A stretch of 64,000 bases of DNA from an uncultured Gammaproteobacteria bacterium (GCA_964531275.1 CAZHDZ010000001.1:68882-132881); one strand, 5' to 3'; shown: positions 44,907 to 54,463, counted from the first letter of the stretch. Notes: generated by a model from the sequence alone, not told the origin. Made by a program: numbers and translations.

Positions 44907-45285
44907 ATTTTCTTCTTAGTAAGAACATAACTAAAATCAAAACTATAATTGAAAGTGCAGAGTAGAGTAATTGCAACCAATGTGGGTACTGAACGATATA
45001 TAACTCAGAAATCTCGAATATAAGCATCCCAAGCGCAGCAGTTACAGCGAGCTCATACTGAAATTTGTGATGAATAAATAACAACCAGATAGCGCTTAAG
45101 CTGATAGCGCCCACTAAAAAAAGTATAAGCCCAGGAACTGTAAAGGAGTGGAAGTACCCATGTAACTGAGGAACTGTAGCTCCTAAGCCATTAGTTATTA
45201 TTAGGCTCACGCCACCAAAGATAGCAGTAATACCAACGAATAACAAAATTCCAATTACCAAATTCTTAATTAAGTACGAACTCAT
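44899..45285 (-). CDS. hypothetical membrane protein
   Basis: 4 TMs; FTVPGLIL; overlaps both neighbours. Confidence 0.7.
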   Translation of the reverse strand: MSSYLIKNLVIGILLFVGITAIFGGVSLIITNGLGATVPQLHGYFHSFTVPGLILFLVGAISLSAIWLLFIHHKFQYELAVTAALGMLIFEISELYIVQYPHWLQLLYSALSIIVLILVMFLLRRKYD

Positions 45286-45530
45286 TTATCCTCCCTTTCA
45301 ACTGAGATTGTGCATTCTCCAATGAGTGCTGCTATTGCTCCGACGGCTGCAAGGACAGGAGCAAGCACTGCTCCAACGACGCCTACTGTAAGCGGAAATG
45401 CTATCAATTCTTTTCCGTCTTTATCTTTTATTGTTATTCTTCGTACATTTCCTTCGTTAATAATCTCCTTAACTTTTCTGAGTAAGTCTTCTCCATTTGC
45501 GCTAAATGATTCTTCTTTCTTCTCTTTCAT
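45282..45530 (-). CDS. DUF4342 family protein
   Basis: KVKEIINEGNVRRITIK...PLTVGVVGAVLAPVLAAVGAIAAL; GGAGGTGG SD. Confidence 0.85.
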   Translation of the reverse strand: MKEKKEESFSANGEDLLRKVKEIINEGNVRRITIKDKDGKELIAFPLTVGVVGAVLAPVLAAVGAIAALIGECTISVEREDK

Positions 45531-45559
45531 AATAACCACCTCCATTTCAAAGCAGAGCA

Positions 45560-45934
45560 TTAATGCTCTGCTTTTTGTGCATCTTCTCTTGTTGTATGTA
45601 CGGTCCCATCTGGATGCTCAGGTGGTGCGTATACAGTGAAAAGTTTTAAATCTTCATCCCCAACATTTTGAAAGTTGTGTTTTGATCCCAATGGTACGAA
45701 GACAACATCATGCTCCCCAATCCTTCTTGCCTCACCATCGATGATTGCCTCGCCTTCTCCATCGATAATAAAAATTATTTGATCAGTATTTGGGTGAACT
45801 TCTTCCCCAATATCTTGATTAACAGGAATACACATTGCAACAATTTGACTGTGTTGACCTGTATATAGAACTTTTCTAAAATTCGTATTTTCTTTTGTTA
45901 GTTTTTTAATATCTTCAGCAAACATTTTTTTCAC
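45560..45934 (-). CDS. cupin domain protein (paralog of 556-939)
   Basis: NFRKVLYTG, EVHPNTDQ, KHNF, YAPPEHPDGT. Confidence 0.9.
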   Translation of the reverse strand: MKKMFAEDIKKLTKENTNFRKVLYTGQHSQIVAMCIPVNQDIGEEVHPNTDQIIFIIDGEGEAIIDGEARRIGEHDVVFVPLGSKHNFQNVGDEDLKLFTVYAPPEHPDGTVHTTREDAQKAEH

Positions 45935-45993
45935 CCCCTCTTATAAATAGTTTTAATAATATAGGTAGTATACTAAGGAAGATCTGGGGAGTC

Positions 45994-46032
45994 ATTGATC
46001 ATACTCACGCAGGAATTGTGATATTGATCAAT
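45994..46032. promoter_or_regulatory. tandem Crp/Fnr-type sites upstream of the cupin operon
   Basis: ATTGATcataCTCACG (45994-46009) and TGTGATattgATCAAT (46017-46032); TATACT -10 on the minus strand at 45967-45972. Confidence 0.7.
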
Positions 46033-46037
46033 AATTA

Positions 46038-48497
46038 TTAGTGGGATAGTGAGTCTTCTACTTCTTTCACTTTTATAGCTGTTTTAAGAACTGAATCAGG
46101 GTTTAATGATATCGAATCGATTCCTTCTTTTACTAAAAATTCTGCAAGCTCTGGAAAATCAGATGGACCTTGTCCGCATATTCCGACTTTCAATCCTTTT
46201 TCATGGGCCTTTTTGATAAGTTGAGAAATCATTATGTGTACTGCTTTATTATTTTCGTTGCCAATGTGGGCTATAAGTTTTGAGTCTCTATCTAATCCTA
46301 ATGTCAATTGTGTTAGATCATTGGATCCAATAGAAAAACCATCAAAAATTTCTGCGAAATCTTCTACAAGCAGGATGTTTGATGGTATTTCAGCCATTAC
46401 CCAGACATGGAGATTCTCATCCAGTTGAGAGGTATTAAGCATATTTTTTGCCTTATCGTGAGAAAGGCCATTTTTGGACATTTCCTCAAGAACTTTGCGT
46501 CCTTCCTCGGGGGTTCTGCAGAAAGGAATCATAACCTGCAAGTTGTATAGTCCCATTTCATTTCTAACTTTCTTAATTGCTTCACATTCAAGAGCAAATG
46601 CACGATTAAATTGTGGATCAGTATATCTACTTGCTCCACGCCATCCGATCATTGGATTTTCTTCATGTGGTTCATATAGATTGCCACCAATAAGCCCTGC
46701 GTATTCATTAGACTTAAAATCACTAAATCTTAGCAAGACCTCATTAGGGTAAAATGCAGCGGCTATCAATGCAATTCCGTAAGAAAGTTTCTCAATGTAA
46801 TAATCTACTTTATTTTCATAACCGCTCGTTGCAGCATCGATTTGTCTTTTTACCTCCAGATCTTCCAATTTATCGTAATCAAATAGTGCATTAGGATGAA
46901 TTTTTATAAAATTGGAGATAATAAATTCCTCACGGGCTAATCCAACTCCTTTATTAGGTATAAAGGCATAGTTGAAAACTAAATCTGGACTTGCCACTAT
47001 CATTTTGATCTCCGTTTTTGGTAATTCAAAATTTGTTAAATCAGTTTGGTCTATCCTAAATTTTAGTAATCCAGCATAAACATTGCCTAGTTCACCGTCC
47101 GCACAGCTGACAGTCACTTCCTGACCAGAAGCTATTGCAGTTGTGGCATTTCCACAACCAACTATTGCTGGTATGCCAAGTTCTCGAGATACAATTGCGG
47201 CATGGCTAGTTCTTCCTCCGGAATTTGTGACAATGGCACTCGCAATTTTCATAATAGGTTCCCAATCCGGATCCGTTATTTCCGCGACGAGTACTTCCCC
47301 CTGCTTGAATTCCGAGAGCTCGCTTGGGTCCTTGATAAAATGCGCTTTTCCTTGTCCGATTTTTCTACCAACTGATGCGCCACTTGTAAGTATTTCTGTT
47401 TTTTCTTCGAGTATATAATCTTCAAGAATTGTTTTGCTTTTTTTCGCTTGCACTGTTTCAGGACGTGCCTGCACGATATAGAGCTGATTATCTATTCCAT
47501 CATATGCCCACTCGATATCCATGGGCTTTTGATAATGATCTTCAATCATCATCCCCCACTGTGCAAGTCTGATAACAAACTCCTCTGAAAGTGCAAACAT
47601 CGCGCGCTCATTTGGTGACACCTGAACTTCTTTTGTGGCTGATGTACCATCTGTTGCATAAATGAGTTTTTTTTCTTTGCTTCCCAGCTTTTTACTAATA
47701 ATTGATCTGTATCCTTTTTTGAGTGTTGGCTTGAAGAGTACAAATTCATCGGGAGTAACAATACCTTTAACAATATATTCACCAAGACCCCATGAGCCAT
47801 TTATTAGTATTACGTCACGAAAGCCACTATCGGAGTCAAGTGTAAACATTACACCGCTTGCGCCTCTGTCAGATCGGGCCATTTTTTGCACGGAGACGGA
47901 GAGTGCAACTTTAAAGTGGTCAAAGTGTTGGTCAACTCTATATGAAATAGCTCTATTGGTAAAAAGTGAAGCAAACGCATTCTTGATTGCTTCAAGAACT
48001 TCATGCTGCCCATGTACATTTAAGTATGATTCTTGTTGACCGGCAAAGGAGGCATCCGGTAAGTCTTCTGCAGTAGCGGAGGAGCGAACAGCAACGTCTA
48101 CATCGCCTTGGATTGACAAGCGTCTTGCAAGCTCTTGATAAGCGCCGCAGATTGCAGTTGCCAATTCTTCTGGGAATGGGGCAGAGGTAATTAATTCCCT
48201 TACTTTACGTCCTGCTTCTTCAAGCGATTTAATATCACTTGTATCTAGACCTTCAAGGGCTTGATGAATTTTCTGATCGAGAGCATTTTTTTCAATGAAG
48301 TATTGATACGAGTATGCTGTAACGGCAAATCCATAAGGCACGCGAATTTTTTCACCGGGAAAAACTTCACTGGTAGTCTGGGAGAGGTTCTGATACATTT
48401 CGCCCAAGTTTGCGTTCTTGCCACCAACGAGTGGAATGTCATTCTTATTTATTTCATCAAACCAGAGAATATAATATTTCGATTTGTCATTTTCCAT
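46038..48497 (-). CDS. ppsA: phosphoenolpyruvate synthase
   Basis: VGGKNANLGEM, VRSSATAEDL, GGRTSHAAI (phospho-His), EENPMIGWRG, GSNDLTQ, ICGQ. Confidence 0.97.
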   Translation of the reverse strand: MENDKSKYYILWFDEINKNDIPLVGGKNANLGEMYQNLSQTTSEVFPGEKIRVPYGFAVTAYSYQYFIEKNALDQKIHQALEGLDTSDIKSLEEAGRKVRELITSAPFPEELATAICGAYQELARRLSIQGDVDVAVRSSATAEDLPDASFAGQQESYLNVHGQHEVLEAIKNAFASLFTNRAISYRVDQHFDHFKVALSVSVQKMARSDRGASGVMFTLDSDSGFRDVILINGSWGLGEYIVKGIVTPDEFVLFKPTLKKGYRSIISKKLGSKEKKLIYATDGTSATKEVQVSPNERAMFALSEEFVIRLAQWGMMIEDHYQKPMDIEWAYDGIDNQLYIVQARPETVQAKKSKTILEDYILEEKTEILTSGASVGRKIGQGKAHFIKDPSELSEFKQGEVLVAEITDPDWEPIMKIASAIVTNSGGRTSHAAIVSRELGIPAIVGCGNATTAIASGQEVTVSCADGELGNVYAGLLKFRIDQTDLTNFELPKTEIKMIVASPDLVFNYAFIPNKGVGLAREEFIISNFIKIHPNALFDYDKLEDLEVKRQIDAATSGYENKVDYYIEKLSYGIALIAAAFYPNEVLLRFSDFKSNEYAGLIGGNLYEPHEENPMIGWRGASRYTDPQFNRAFALECEAIKKVRNEMGLYNLQVMIPFCRTPEEGRKVLEEMSKNGLSHDKAKNMLNTSQLDENLHVWVMAEIPSNILLVEDFAEIFDGFSIGSNDLTQLTLGLDRDSKLIAHIGNENNKAVHIMISQLIKKAHEKGLKVGICGQGPSDFPELAEFLVKEGIDSISLNPDSVLKTAIKVKEVEDSLSH

Positions 48498-48553
48498 AGC
48501 TATATAAGTTTAAACATTTTTTCGTAAGAAATTAAAGAGTTCTTTTCTATATC

Positions 48554-48961
48554 TTAAGGATGCTTTCTGCTAATGACTAGAGCAGTGATAAAAACCGAAA
48601 TCATAATTAGTTGACACCCGATGCAAATTGGACAAATGACATGTAGTTGAAATAATTCTTTGTATGCAATCCACAGGCAAAATCCCAGCCCAAGGGCAGA
48701 AGTTATAAGAAGCATTTTCCTCTTTTTAAGAATAGTTGAGAGGAAAATTACGAAATATCCAATAAGCCCATAAAGTGGAGTTGGAAGGCCAAAAGTATTG
48801 GCTACTTCACCGCTGATAACCGCATCGCAATTGATAAAACTATTTATAGTACAAGGGGGTATTGCTGGTTGAGTTGCTTGTTCCCAAAGAAGATAAATAG
48901 CTAGAATTATGCCTCCGACAGAAAGTGCCCTTATAATTCTAAATAGCGTTAGCGTTTGCAT
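48554..48961 (-). CDS. vitamin K epoxide reductase (VKOR) family protein
   Basis: C..INSFINCDAV, FGLP, CPIC redox motif. Confidence 0.9.
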   Translation of the reverse strand: MQTLTLFRIIRALSVGGIILAIYLLWEQATQPAIPPCTINSFINCDAVISGEVANTFGLPTPLYGLIGYFVIFLSTILKKRKMLLITSALGLGFCLWIAYKELFQLHVICPICIGCQLIMISVFITALVISRKHP

Positions 48962-48963
48962 AG

Positions 48964-49413
48964 TTAGTGAAGTGCCTTTTCTAGTCTTTCGACTTCTTTT
49001 TTGTTCTCGATCTTTTCTATTTCACCAAAGGCAAGATCAATTATTTTTTTATTCGGTATTTTTAGTTCTGTTATGAAATTACCAACAACTTTCTTTGAAA
49101 GAGTAACAGGAAGATGCTGATTTATTTTCGAGAATAATGGTTTGTGCCCACCAATCAAGACCCCACTGATTCCTTCTCCTTTTACAAATTGCGCGGCTTC
49201 ACTTGCAGAATGCTTCAGATGTCTATGTAAATGATCTTCTATGTGCCTAAATATTTTATCTTGAGAATCCCAAGCATCGTCACCGTGTTTTACTTTTTTG
49301 GGTACATAATCTTTCTCAACCTTTTTTTCTGCTATGAGGTGATTGTCACTAACCAGAAGTAGTTTTGTATGCTCTCTATCTACAAGTAGTAAAAGGTATT
49401 TTTTTATTGCCAT
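48964..49413 (-). CDS. baeRF / host-attachment-like (eRF1 domain-2 fold) protein
   Basis: LLLLVDREHTKL, HLHRHLKH, VLIGGH; resemblance judged by eye. Confidence 0.5.
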   Translation of the reverse strand: MAIKKYLLLLVDREHTKLLLVSDNHLIAEKKVEKDYVPKKVKHGDDAWDSQDKIFRHIEDHLHRHLKHSASEAAQFVKGEGISGVLIGGHKPLFSKINQHLPVTLSKKVVGNFITELKIPNKKIIDLAFGEIEKIENKKEVERLEKALH

Positions 49414-49447
49414 ACAGTGATGGTATAGCATTATAGATACAGGTGAC

Positions 49448-49486
49448 ATTGATTTTCATCAATAATTATTTGTGATCTACATCACG
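49448..49486. promoter_or_regulatory. tandem Crp/Fnr-type sites in a divergent promoter
   Basis: ATTGATtttcATCAAT (49448-49463, FNR consensus) and TGTGAtctacaTCACG (49471-49486, near-CRP consensus). Confidence 0.8.
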
Positions 49487-49519
49487 GAAGAAGGCAACTA
49501 ATATATATAGAATGTGAGG

Positions 49520-49870
49520 ATGATAAAACTTATTGATAATGGGCTATATAGTCTTATACAAACTCATAATCAAACTAAAATAATTCGGATCGGTAAAAAG
49601 ACTTTTGCATGGGTCGTAGCTGGAAAAATTGGCGAGATTTTAGTTGCTACACACAAAAAACATGAGATAGATCACATTCTTGCGTTGGGAAATTACAGAA
49701 TGTATGAAGTGGAAGATGAACCTGATCTTGTAGATCTAATCCATCTCGAGTTATTTGTAGGGGAGGGACAATGGCAGGGATATTTGTTACCAACTGGATT
49801 GCCCAGTGATGGGAAGAAAAGAAGCGAAATTATTCCAACAGGTGAAATAATAACAAGGGCAACTCATTAA
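49520..49870 (+). CDS. hypothetical protein
   Basis: ORF of about 116 aa; TAGAAT 12 nt before ATG 49520. Confidence 0.65.
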   Translation: MIKLIDNGLYSLIQTHNQTKIIRIGKKTFAWVVAGKIGEILVATHKKHEIDHILALGNYRMYEVEDEPDLVDLIHLELFVGEGQWQGYLLPTGLPSDGKKRSEIIPTGEIITRATH

Positions 49871-49872
49871 AT

Positions 49873-50520
49873 CTAAATTCCTTCGCCTAATTGATCCTCG
49901 AGCTTTTGCATGCCCGGAATTAAAAGAATATTTTTTGAAAAGGTAACAAGCCCTCTATCTTTGAGTATCCTCATTTCTCTGCTTACTGTTTCTCTTGTCA
50001 TCCCACTTTGTGCCGCTAAATCTTTTTCACTAGTTTTTACTTCAATCCCGTTATCTTGTTTTTTTCCAAATCTTTTAGCTTGAATAATAATTTCTGTTAT
50101 AAGTCTTCCATTTGCATTTCCAGCCATAAGATACGTCATGCGTGTCAGAATTCCTTCCGTTCCTTTATACACTCGGCTTAATAGATCGTACATTACATCC
50201 GGTTCTCTTTTGATGAACTTATTGACGTCGTCACCAGGTGCTCGATACACATTGAGATTTGTCAAAGCTTCATAAAAATATGCGTTTGGAGTTTTATTTA
50301 TTGCCCATGACATCGGGAAAAAAGAGACAGATTTAAAAACATTTACTATCATCTCGTCACCTTTTCTGGAGATCGCGTATTTTTTTACTACACCTTCTTT
50401 TAAGTAAAATATTCCTGAAGGATCATCACCAGCCCTAACCAGAATTTCTCCCTTTTTATATTTCTGCTGCTTGTACTGTAAGAAAAAATTATCAATCTTT
50501 TTTGCAACGGAATTATCCAT
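49873..50520 (-). CDS. Crp/Fnr family transcriptional regulator
   Basis: cNMP-type beta-barrel (YKKGEILVRAGD...LKEG); HTH SGMTRETVSRE; no Fe-S Cys cluster. Confidence 0.95.
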   Translation of the reverse strand: MDNSVAKKIDNFFLQYKQQKYKKGEILVRAGDDPSGIFYLKEGVVKKYAISRKGDEMIVNVFKSVSFFPMSWAINKTPNAYFYEALTNLNVYRAPGDDVNKFIKREPDVMYDLLSRVYKGTEGILTRMTYLMAGNANGRLITEIIIQAKRFGKKQDNGIEVKTSEKDLAAQSGMTRETVSREMRILKDRGLVTFSKNILLIPGMQKLEDQLGEGI

Positions 50521-50598
50521 ATGGCTATTATACTCTCATACCTTATCGAGTATATATTTGAGCAGAAAAATTTACATCTTAGGTAGTATACTATTATC

Positions 50599-51063
50599 AT
50601 GAACAAGGCTGACCTAATTCAAATTCTCAAAAAAGAGCAGATTGCAGTTCTTTCCACAAATGATTCAGATAATAATGTACACGGCTCAACAATTTTCTTT
50701 ATTCATGATAAGAATTTAAACTTCTTTTTTTTAACTAAAGCAAACACACGAAAATATGAAAATATAACAGCAAATAAAAGAGGAGCCTTAACGGTAATTT
50801 TCTCAAATGAGCAAAAAACCGTACAGGCTGAGGGTGTTATTGAAGAAATCCCAAGAGGAGCAGAGGAATACCATAATGCAATTCTTCAGATGTCGGAAAA
50901 GAACGCAAAGCAAGGAGGTATATCCTGGCCACCACCAGTGTCAAAGTTGCCGGAAGCAGATATTGTTATATATAAATTGGTTGTAGATTGGCTAAGGTAT
51001 AGCGATTATTCTGGACAAGACACTGAAGTGTCTTATCAAATTATTCCCGATCAAAGTATTTAA
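50599..51063 (+). CDS. pyridoxamine 5'-phosphate oxidase-like (split-barrel flavin-binding) protein
   Basis: AVLST, FLTKANTRKYENI..N, VQAEG. Confidence 0.85.
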   Translation: MNKADLIQILKKEQIAVLSTNDSDNNVHGSTIFFIHDKNLNFFFLTKANTRKYENITANKRGALTVIFSNEQKTVQAEGVIEEIPRGAEEYHNAILQMSEKNAKQGGISWPPPVSKLPEADIVIYKLVVDWLRYSDYSGQDTEVSYQIIPDQSI

Positions 51064-51064
51064 T

Positions 51065-51742
51065 TTACTCCGACAGCTTTGCTATTAAATCATATGTATC
51101 CTTATGGTCGAGGTGAAAAAAGTTATGGCCGTATATTTGAATTATGTGTGAAGGTATTCCTTCAAGTATGCTATTTTTGAGTGGAATAAATTCATCATGT
51201 GATGCTGAAAGTGTAACCATCTTATTCTTTGGTATGGATCTCTGAGAAAGATTTTGAATAAGCTGGCTATGAGGGGTCATCTCACGTCCTTTTTTTGTAA
51301 AGCAGATAAGCCATGCAGCAGGAGTCCCACGAAGTGGTCCTCCAACGCTTATGAATTTTTTTATAGATTTCCATTTTTCAAACCGGGTGAGGTATTCCAA
51401 GCATACTATTGCGCCAGTGCTAATTCCAACAAGAGAAAAATTCTTTATTCCTAAGCTTTCAATTTGGAGATTAAGCTTCTTTGCGGTCGATTCAAAGCCT
51501 TCGTCCATGTCATTGAAGCTTAAAAGGTACGTTTGGAAGCCTTTCTTTTCCAGATAGTTTTGCCATAGTGCATGATACGCATTCGATTGAAACCAGCATT
51601 CTACTATTACTATTGTTCCTTTGGAATGTTGTAGGGTAGAAGGCTTTTTTGGGAATTTTAGAAAATTTATGATTGGATACGTAAAAAAATAATGTAGTTC
51701 TTTAAGTGGATAAATATAACGATCAAATAGGAAAGACTTCAT
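51065..51742 (-). CDS. lipase/esterase-like alpha/beta hydrolase
   Basis: VGISTGA, GGPLRGT, DEFIP, GH. Confidence 0.8.
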   Translation of the reverse strand: MKSFLFDRYIYPLKELHYFFTYPIINFLKFPKKPSTLQHSKGTIVIVECWFQSNAYHALWQNYLEKKGFQTYLLSFNDMDEGFESTAKKLNLQIESLGIKNFSLVGISTGAIVCLEYLTRFEKWKSIKKFISVGGPLRGTPAAWLICFTKKGREMTPHSQLIQNLSQRSIPKNKMVTLSASHDEFIPLKNSILEGIPSHIIQIYGHNFFHLDHKDTYDLIAKLSE

Positions 51743-51862
51743 TGCTGAAGTATATCACGAGCAAATATTAGTCTTTTAAAAAAGTAAAAGGTGTGACCCA
51801 AATGATTTTGCCATAAGAACAAGTAGCGAACAGGCTTATTAGGATTACTGTATAATTACCTC

Positions 51863-53107
51863 ATGAAATTTTTGCATTTACGACTAATACTTCCTTTCCT
51901 TCTGTTGCTCGCTTTCGGGTGGGTACTTCTCAACTTAACAGGTGCGGGTTTTAAGATAGATAAATTTTTTAGAGAAAATTTTCTCTCAAAGAACAATGAA
52001 GAAATTCTGCTTGCTTCCTTTCAATTTCCAGGTAGCGAGGGCTTTTATGCAAATGGGCTCATTGCTGATGGGGTCGTATGGTCTGTCGATGGGGCAACAG
52101 GGAAAATATTGAGCAGTTTTGATCTTGCAACCCAACAAGAAAAGAAGATAACTTTATCTCATGGGCCAGCGATAATTTGTGCAACTTCACGGGAATTTCT
52201 AATTGTCACTTCTATGAATTCTAGTATGGCTAGACAAATATATCTTCTTGATTCCAAAGATGGCGCTATAAAGTGGCAAATTGAAGATAAGGATTTTAAT
52301 TGTTCGGGAGCAATAATAAGTGACAATGAAGTCTTGTCGATCAATTCTTCAAGTCTTTCTTCCACGATATACAGCATCCTAGAAAGAATAGATTTGAGGG
52401 ATGGATCAGTTAAGAAAATAGATTTGGGTAACAATCGTGTCCCTATTCTGCGAGGTGGTCTCGGTAGTGTCTCTAATGTCGTGTCTGTAAATGGAAATAA
52501 ATATTTTATGGTAGAGAATTGGGAAGTTAAGGAGAGAAGTCAGAAATATATTGAGCAAAGCGTGATCGGATTAGACCCATCCGGTAAAGTTATTCTAGAT
52601 CGTCCCGGTGCTTATTCATCTCAAATTGTTGCAAAGGACAATGTCATATACTACAACGAACAATTCGGAGAGCAGCACGAAGAAGAGTATTTGATAGCTT
52701 TTGATGTGCAATCCAACAAAGAACTATGGAGGCAGAAAAGTAATGGTCGCACCAGATTCTTAGCAATACAGGGTAATTATATAATTCAGGGGGATAACCG
52801 CATCTCTTCGCGTTCACTTACCAACGGAACAGTATCTTGGTCAAGGAGCATTATCAATATTATCAATAATCCATTCATTACTAACGCTATAGTTGTGGGG
52901 GATAAGATAGGTATTGTCTATACGGTGGTCGAAGTGCCGGGAATGTATCCTAAAATGTCTTACAATTTCGAGTTGATGAATGATCAGGGCAAAACACTTT
53001 ACACTTTAGTAGGCTTTGCTAAAGATCCTGAACCTAATATCCTTCTTACAAGTGAGAAGAATAATCTCTACTTAGCAGGTAAAGGGAATAAGGTTTATAA
53101 GTTTTAA
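51863..53107 (+). CDS. secreted PQQ-like beta-propeller repeat protein
   Basis: N-terminal TM; repeated D..TG/DG..KW motifs (VDGATGKI, LDSKDGAIKW, FDVQSNKELW, TNGTVSW). Confidence 0.75.
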   Translation: MKFLHLRLILPFLLLLAFGWVLLNLTGAGFKIDKFFRENFLSKNNEEILLASFQFPGSEGFYANGLIADGVVWSVDGATGKILSSFDLATQQEKKITLSHGPAIICATSREFLIVTSMNSSMARQIYLLDSKDGAIKWQIEDKDFNCSGAIISDNEVLSINSSSLSSTIYSILERIDLRDGSVKKIDLGNNRVPILRGGLGSVSNVVSVNGNKYFMVENWEVKERSQKYIEQSVIGLDPSGKVILDRPGAYSSQIVAKDNVIYYNEQFGEQHEEEYLIAFDVQSNKELWRQKSNGRTRFLAIQGNYIIQGDNRISSRSLTNGTVSWSRSIINIINNPFITNAIVVGDKIGIVYTVVEVPGMYPKMSYNFELMNDQGKTLYTLVGFAKDPEPNILLTSEKNNLYLAGKGNKVYKF

Positions 53108-53200
53108 TTAACTTAAATGTGACGGCACGGAATTTAGTAATCCCCGTGCTTATTAAAATGTACAAGCTATTTGGTCAACAATAATCGCATCATAAAACAT

Positions 53201-53842
53201 TTATAGCGCAGGTTCCTCTCTAGAGATGGTTCTTGTAGACCCGTCTATTTGTAAATCCTCTATAGGACCTTGGTAAATACTTTTGAAATTTGTATTGCTT
53301 TCTTGATCAAATCCAGTACGAAATACTGCTAATTCATATCCTCCGCTTGAAATATTTGCTTGAAGATATTTGGCAAGTATCATTGCATTTCCTTCTGTAG
53401 TTGTTTGTTTGCAAAATATTTCCATGCTAGGCTTATTCTCTACATATGTATGAAGCTCTGCCATAACAACATCATCCATTAACGCTTCTCCTGCTAAAGT
53501 TTCATGACTTGAGACATCAGACGACCAGCGGAGGACGCCATCCGGATAAAGTAAGGCGCGAACTGGGGACGAGTTGAGTTTTCTTGCGTGGCCAGCAAAA
53601 ACATCCCATATTGGCGCTGCATCATTTTCAAATATGTTTTGGGTATAAACTGTGTATTTTTTAGATCTATCACCATCTCCGGTTGGAGAAATAGTTTCTG
53701 CTGTTATTCCGTAATTGGTAAGTAATTCTTCTTCCTTTTGTAGACTTCGGGATAAGGCTCTTTCTCGAAGACGCCTAACAGTACCCATTATTTTGTACTT
53801 GAATGCCTGACTCTCGCCATTTTCCACAATATATCCTATCAT
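53201..53842 (-). CDS. hypothetical protein
   Basis: 213-aa ORF; start uncertain. Confidence 0.55.
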   Translation of the reverse strand: MIGYIVENGESQAFKYKIMGTVRRLRERALSRSLQKEEELLTNYGITAETISPTGDGDRSKKYTVYTQNIFENDAAPIWDVFAGHARKLNSSPVRALLYPDGVLRWSSDVSSHETLAGEALMDDVVMAELHTYVENKPSMEIFCKQTTTEGNAMILAKYLQANISSGGYELAVFRTGFDQESNTNFKSIYQGPIEDLQIDGSTRTISREEPAL

Positions 53843-53892
53843 ACAATGAGTCTAGAATATTTGGACTAATATGAACTTAAAAATAAGAAGAA

Positions 53893-53908
53893 GTGACCCT
53901 ACCGGAAT
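53893..53908. repeat. 16-bp duplicate of the tRNA-Glu 3' end (att-like direct repeat)
   Basis: GTGACCCTACCGGAAT, identical to 54269-54284. Confidence 0.85.
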
Positions 53909-53929
53909 GGTTAGACCATGCTCACCATC

Positions 53930-54229
53930 TTATCGAAGATTATCCTTAGACAAGCTCCAGGATTTACTTAGCTGCTTTAATAGCTCTAAATTACCTTCAA
54001 TGAGGGCTTTCTTTTTTGCTACCGTCCAACGTTTTAATTGTAGTTCTCTTTTTTCTGCTTCTTTTCTTGTTTTGTATTCTTCCGTAAAGACTAATTCAAG
54101 ATAAGAAAACTCTTTCGTTGCAATGTTTTGTTTTGACTTGTGAGAATTTAGTCGTTGTTCAATATCATGAGTAAGACCAATGTAGTAAGTTTTCTTATCA
54201 CAAAAAAGAATATAAACAAACCAGCGCAT
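53930..54229 (-). CDS. GIY-YIG nuclease family protein
   Basis: FVYIL...YYIGLT..IEQRLNSH...EAEKRELQLKRW..AKKKALI. Confidence 0.93.
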   Translation of the reverse strand: MRWFVYILFCDKKTYYIGLTHDIEQRLNSHKSKQNIATKEFSYLELVFTEEYKTRKEAEKRELQLKRWTVAKKKALIEGNLELLKQLSKSWSLSKDNLR

Positions 54230-54269
54230 ACATTAATAATAAATGTAAAACCCTGAGCTTGTCGAAGGG
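53943..54269. mobile_element. putative minimal mobile unit: GIY-YIG gene bracketed by inverted REP-like palindromes
   Basis: CCCTGAGCTTGTCGAAGGG (54251-54269, +) and TCCTGGAGCTTGTCTAAGGA (53943-53962, -), lying between the tRNA 3'-end repeats. Confidence 0.5.
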
Positions 54270-54341
54270 TGACCCTACCGGAATTCGAATCCGGGTTTCT
54301 TGGATGAGAACCAAGTGTCCTAACCGCTAGACTATAGGGCC
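54270..54341 (-). tRNA. tRNA-Glu (anticodon CTC), CCA not encoded
   Basis: GGCCCTA/TAGGGTC acceptor stem, CTTGG-ttCTCat-CCAAG anticodon arm, CCGGA-TTCGAAT-TCCGG T arm. Confidence 0.97.
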
Positions 54342-54463
54342 GAAATTAAAGCCCCTGAATTTATTCATAGGGCCGCAAGATTTCTATTATACTAAAATCC
54401 GACTTTGAACTCAATTTTACATTTTTGTTAATCCGGGTCAAAGTATTTGCTATACTTTCTTTA

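Noticed and set aside
43015-51805. TGTGACCCA(G/A)ATG at 43015 and 51793 as further att copies delimiting a larger island
   Set aside because: Only about 7 nt match the tRNA end, and there is no integrase or compositional shift; too weak to support.
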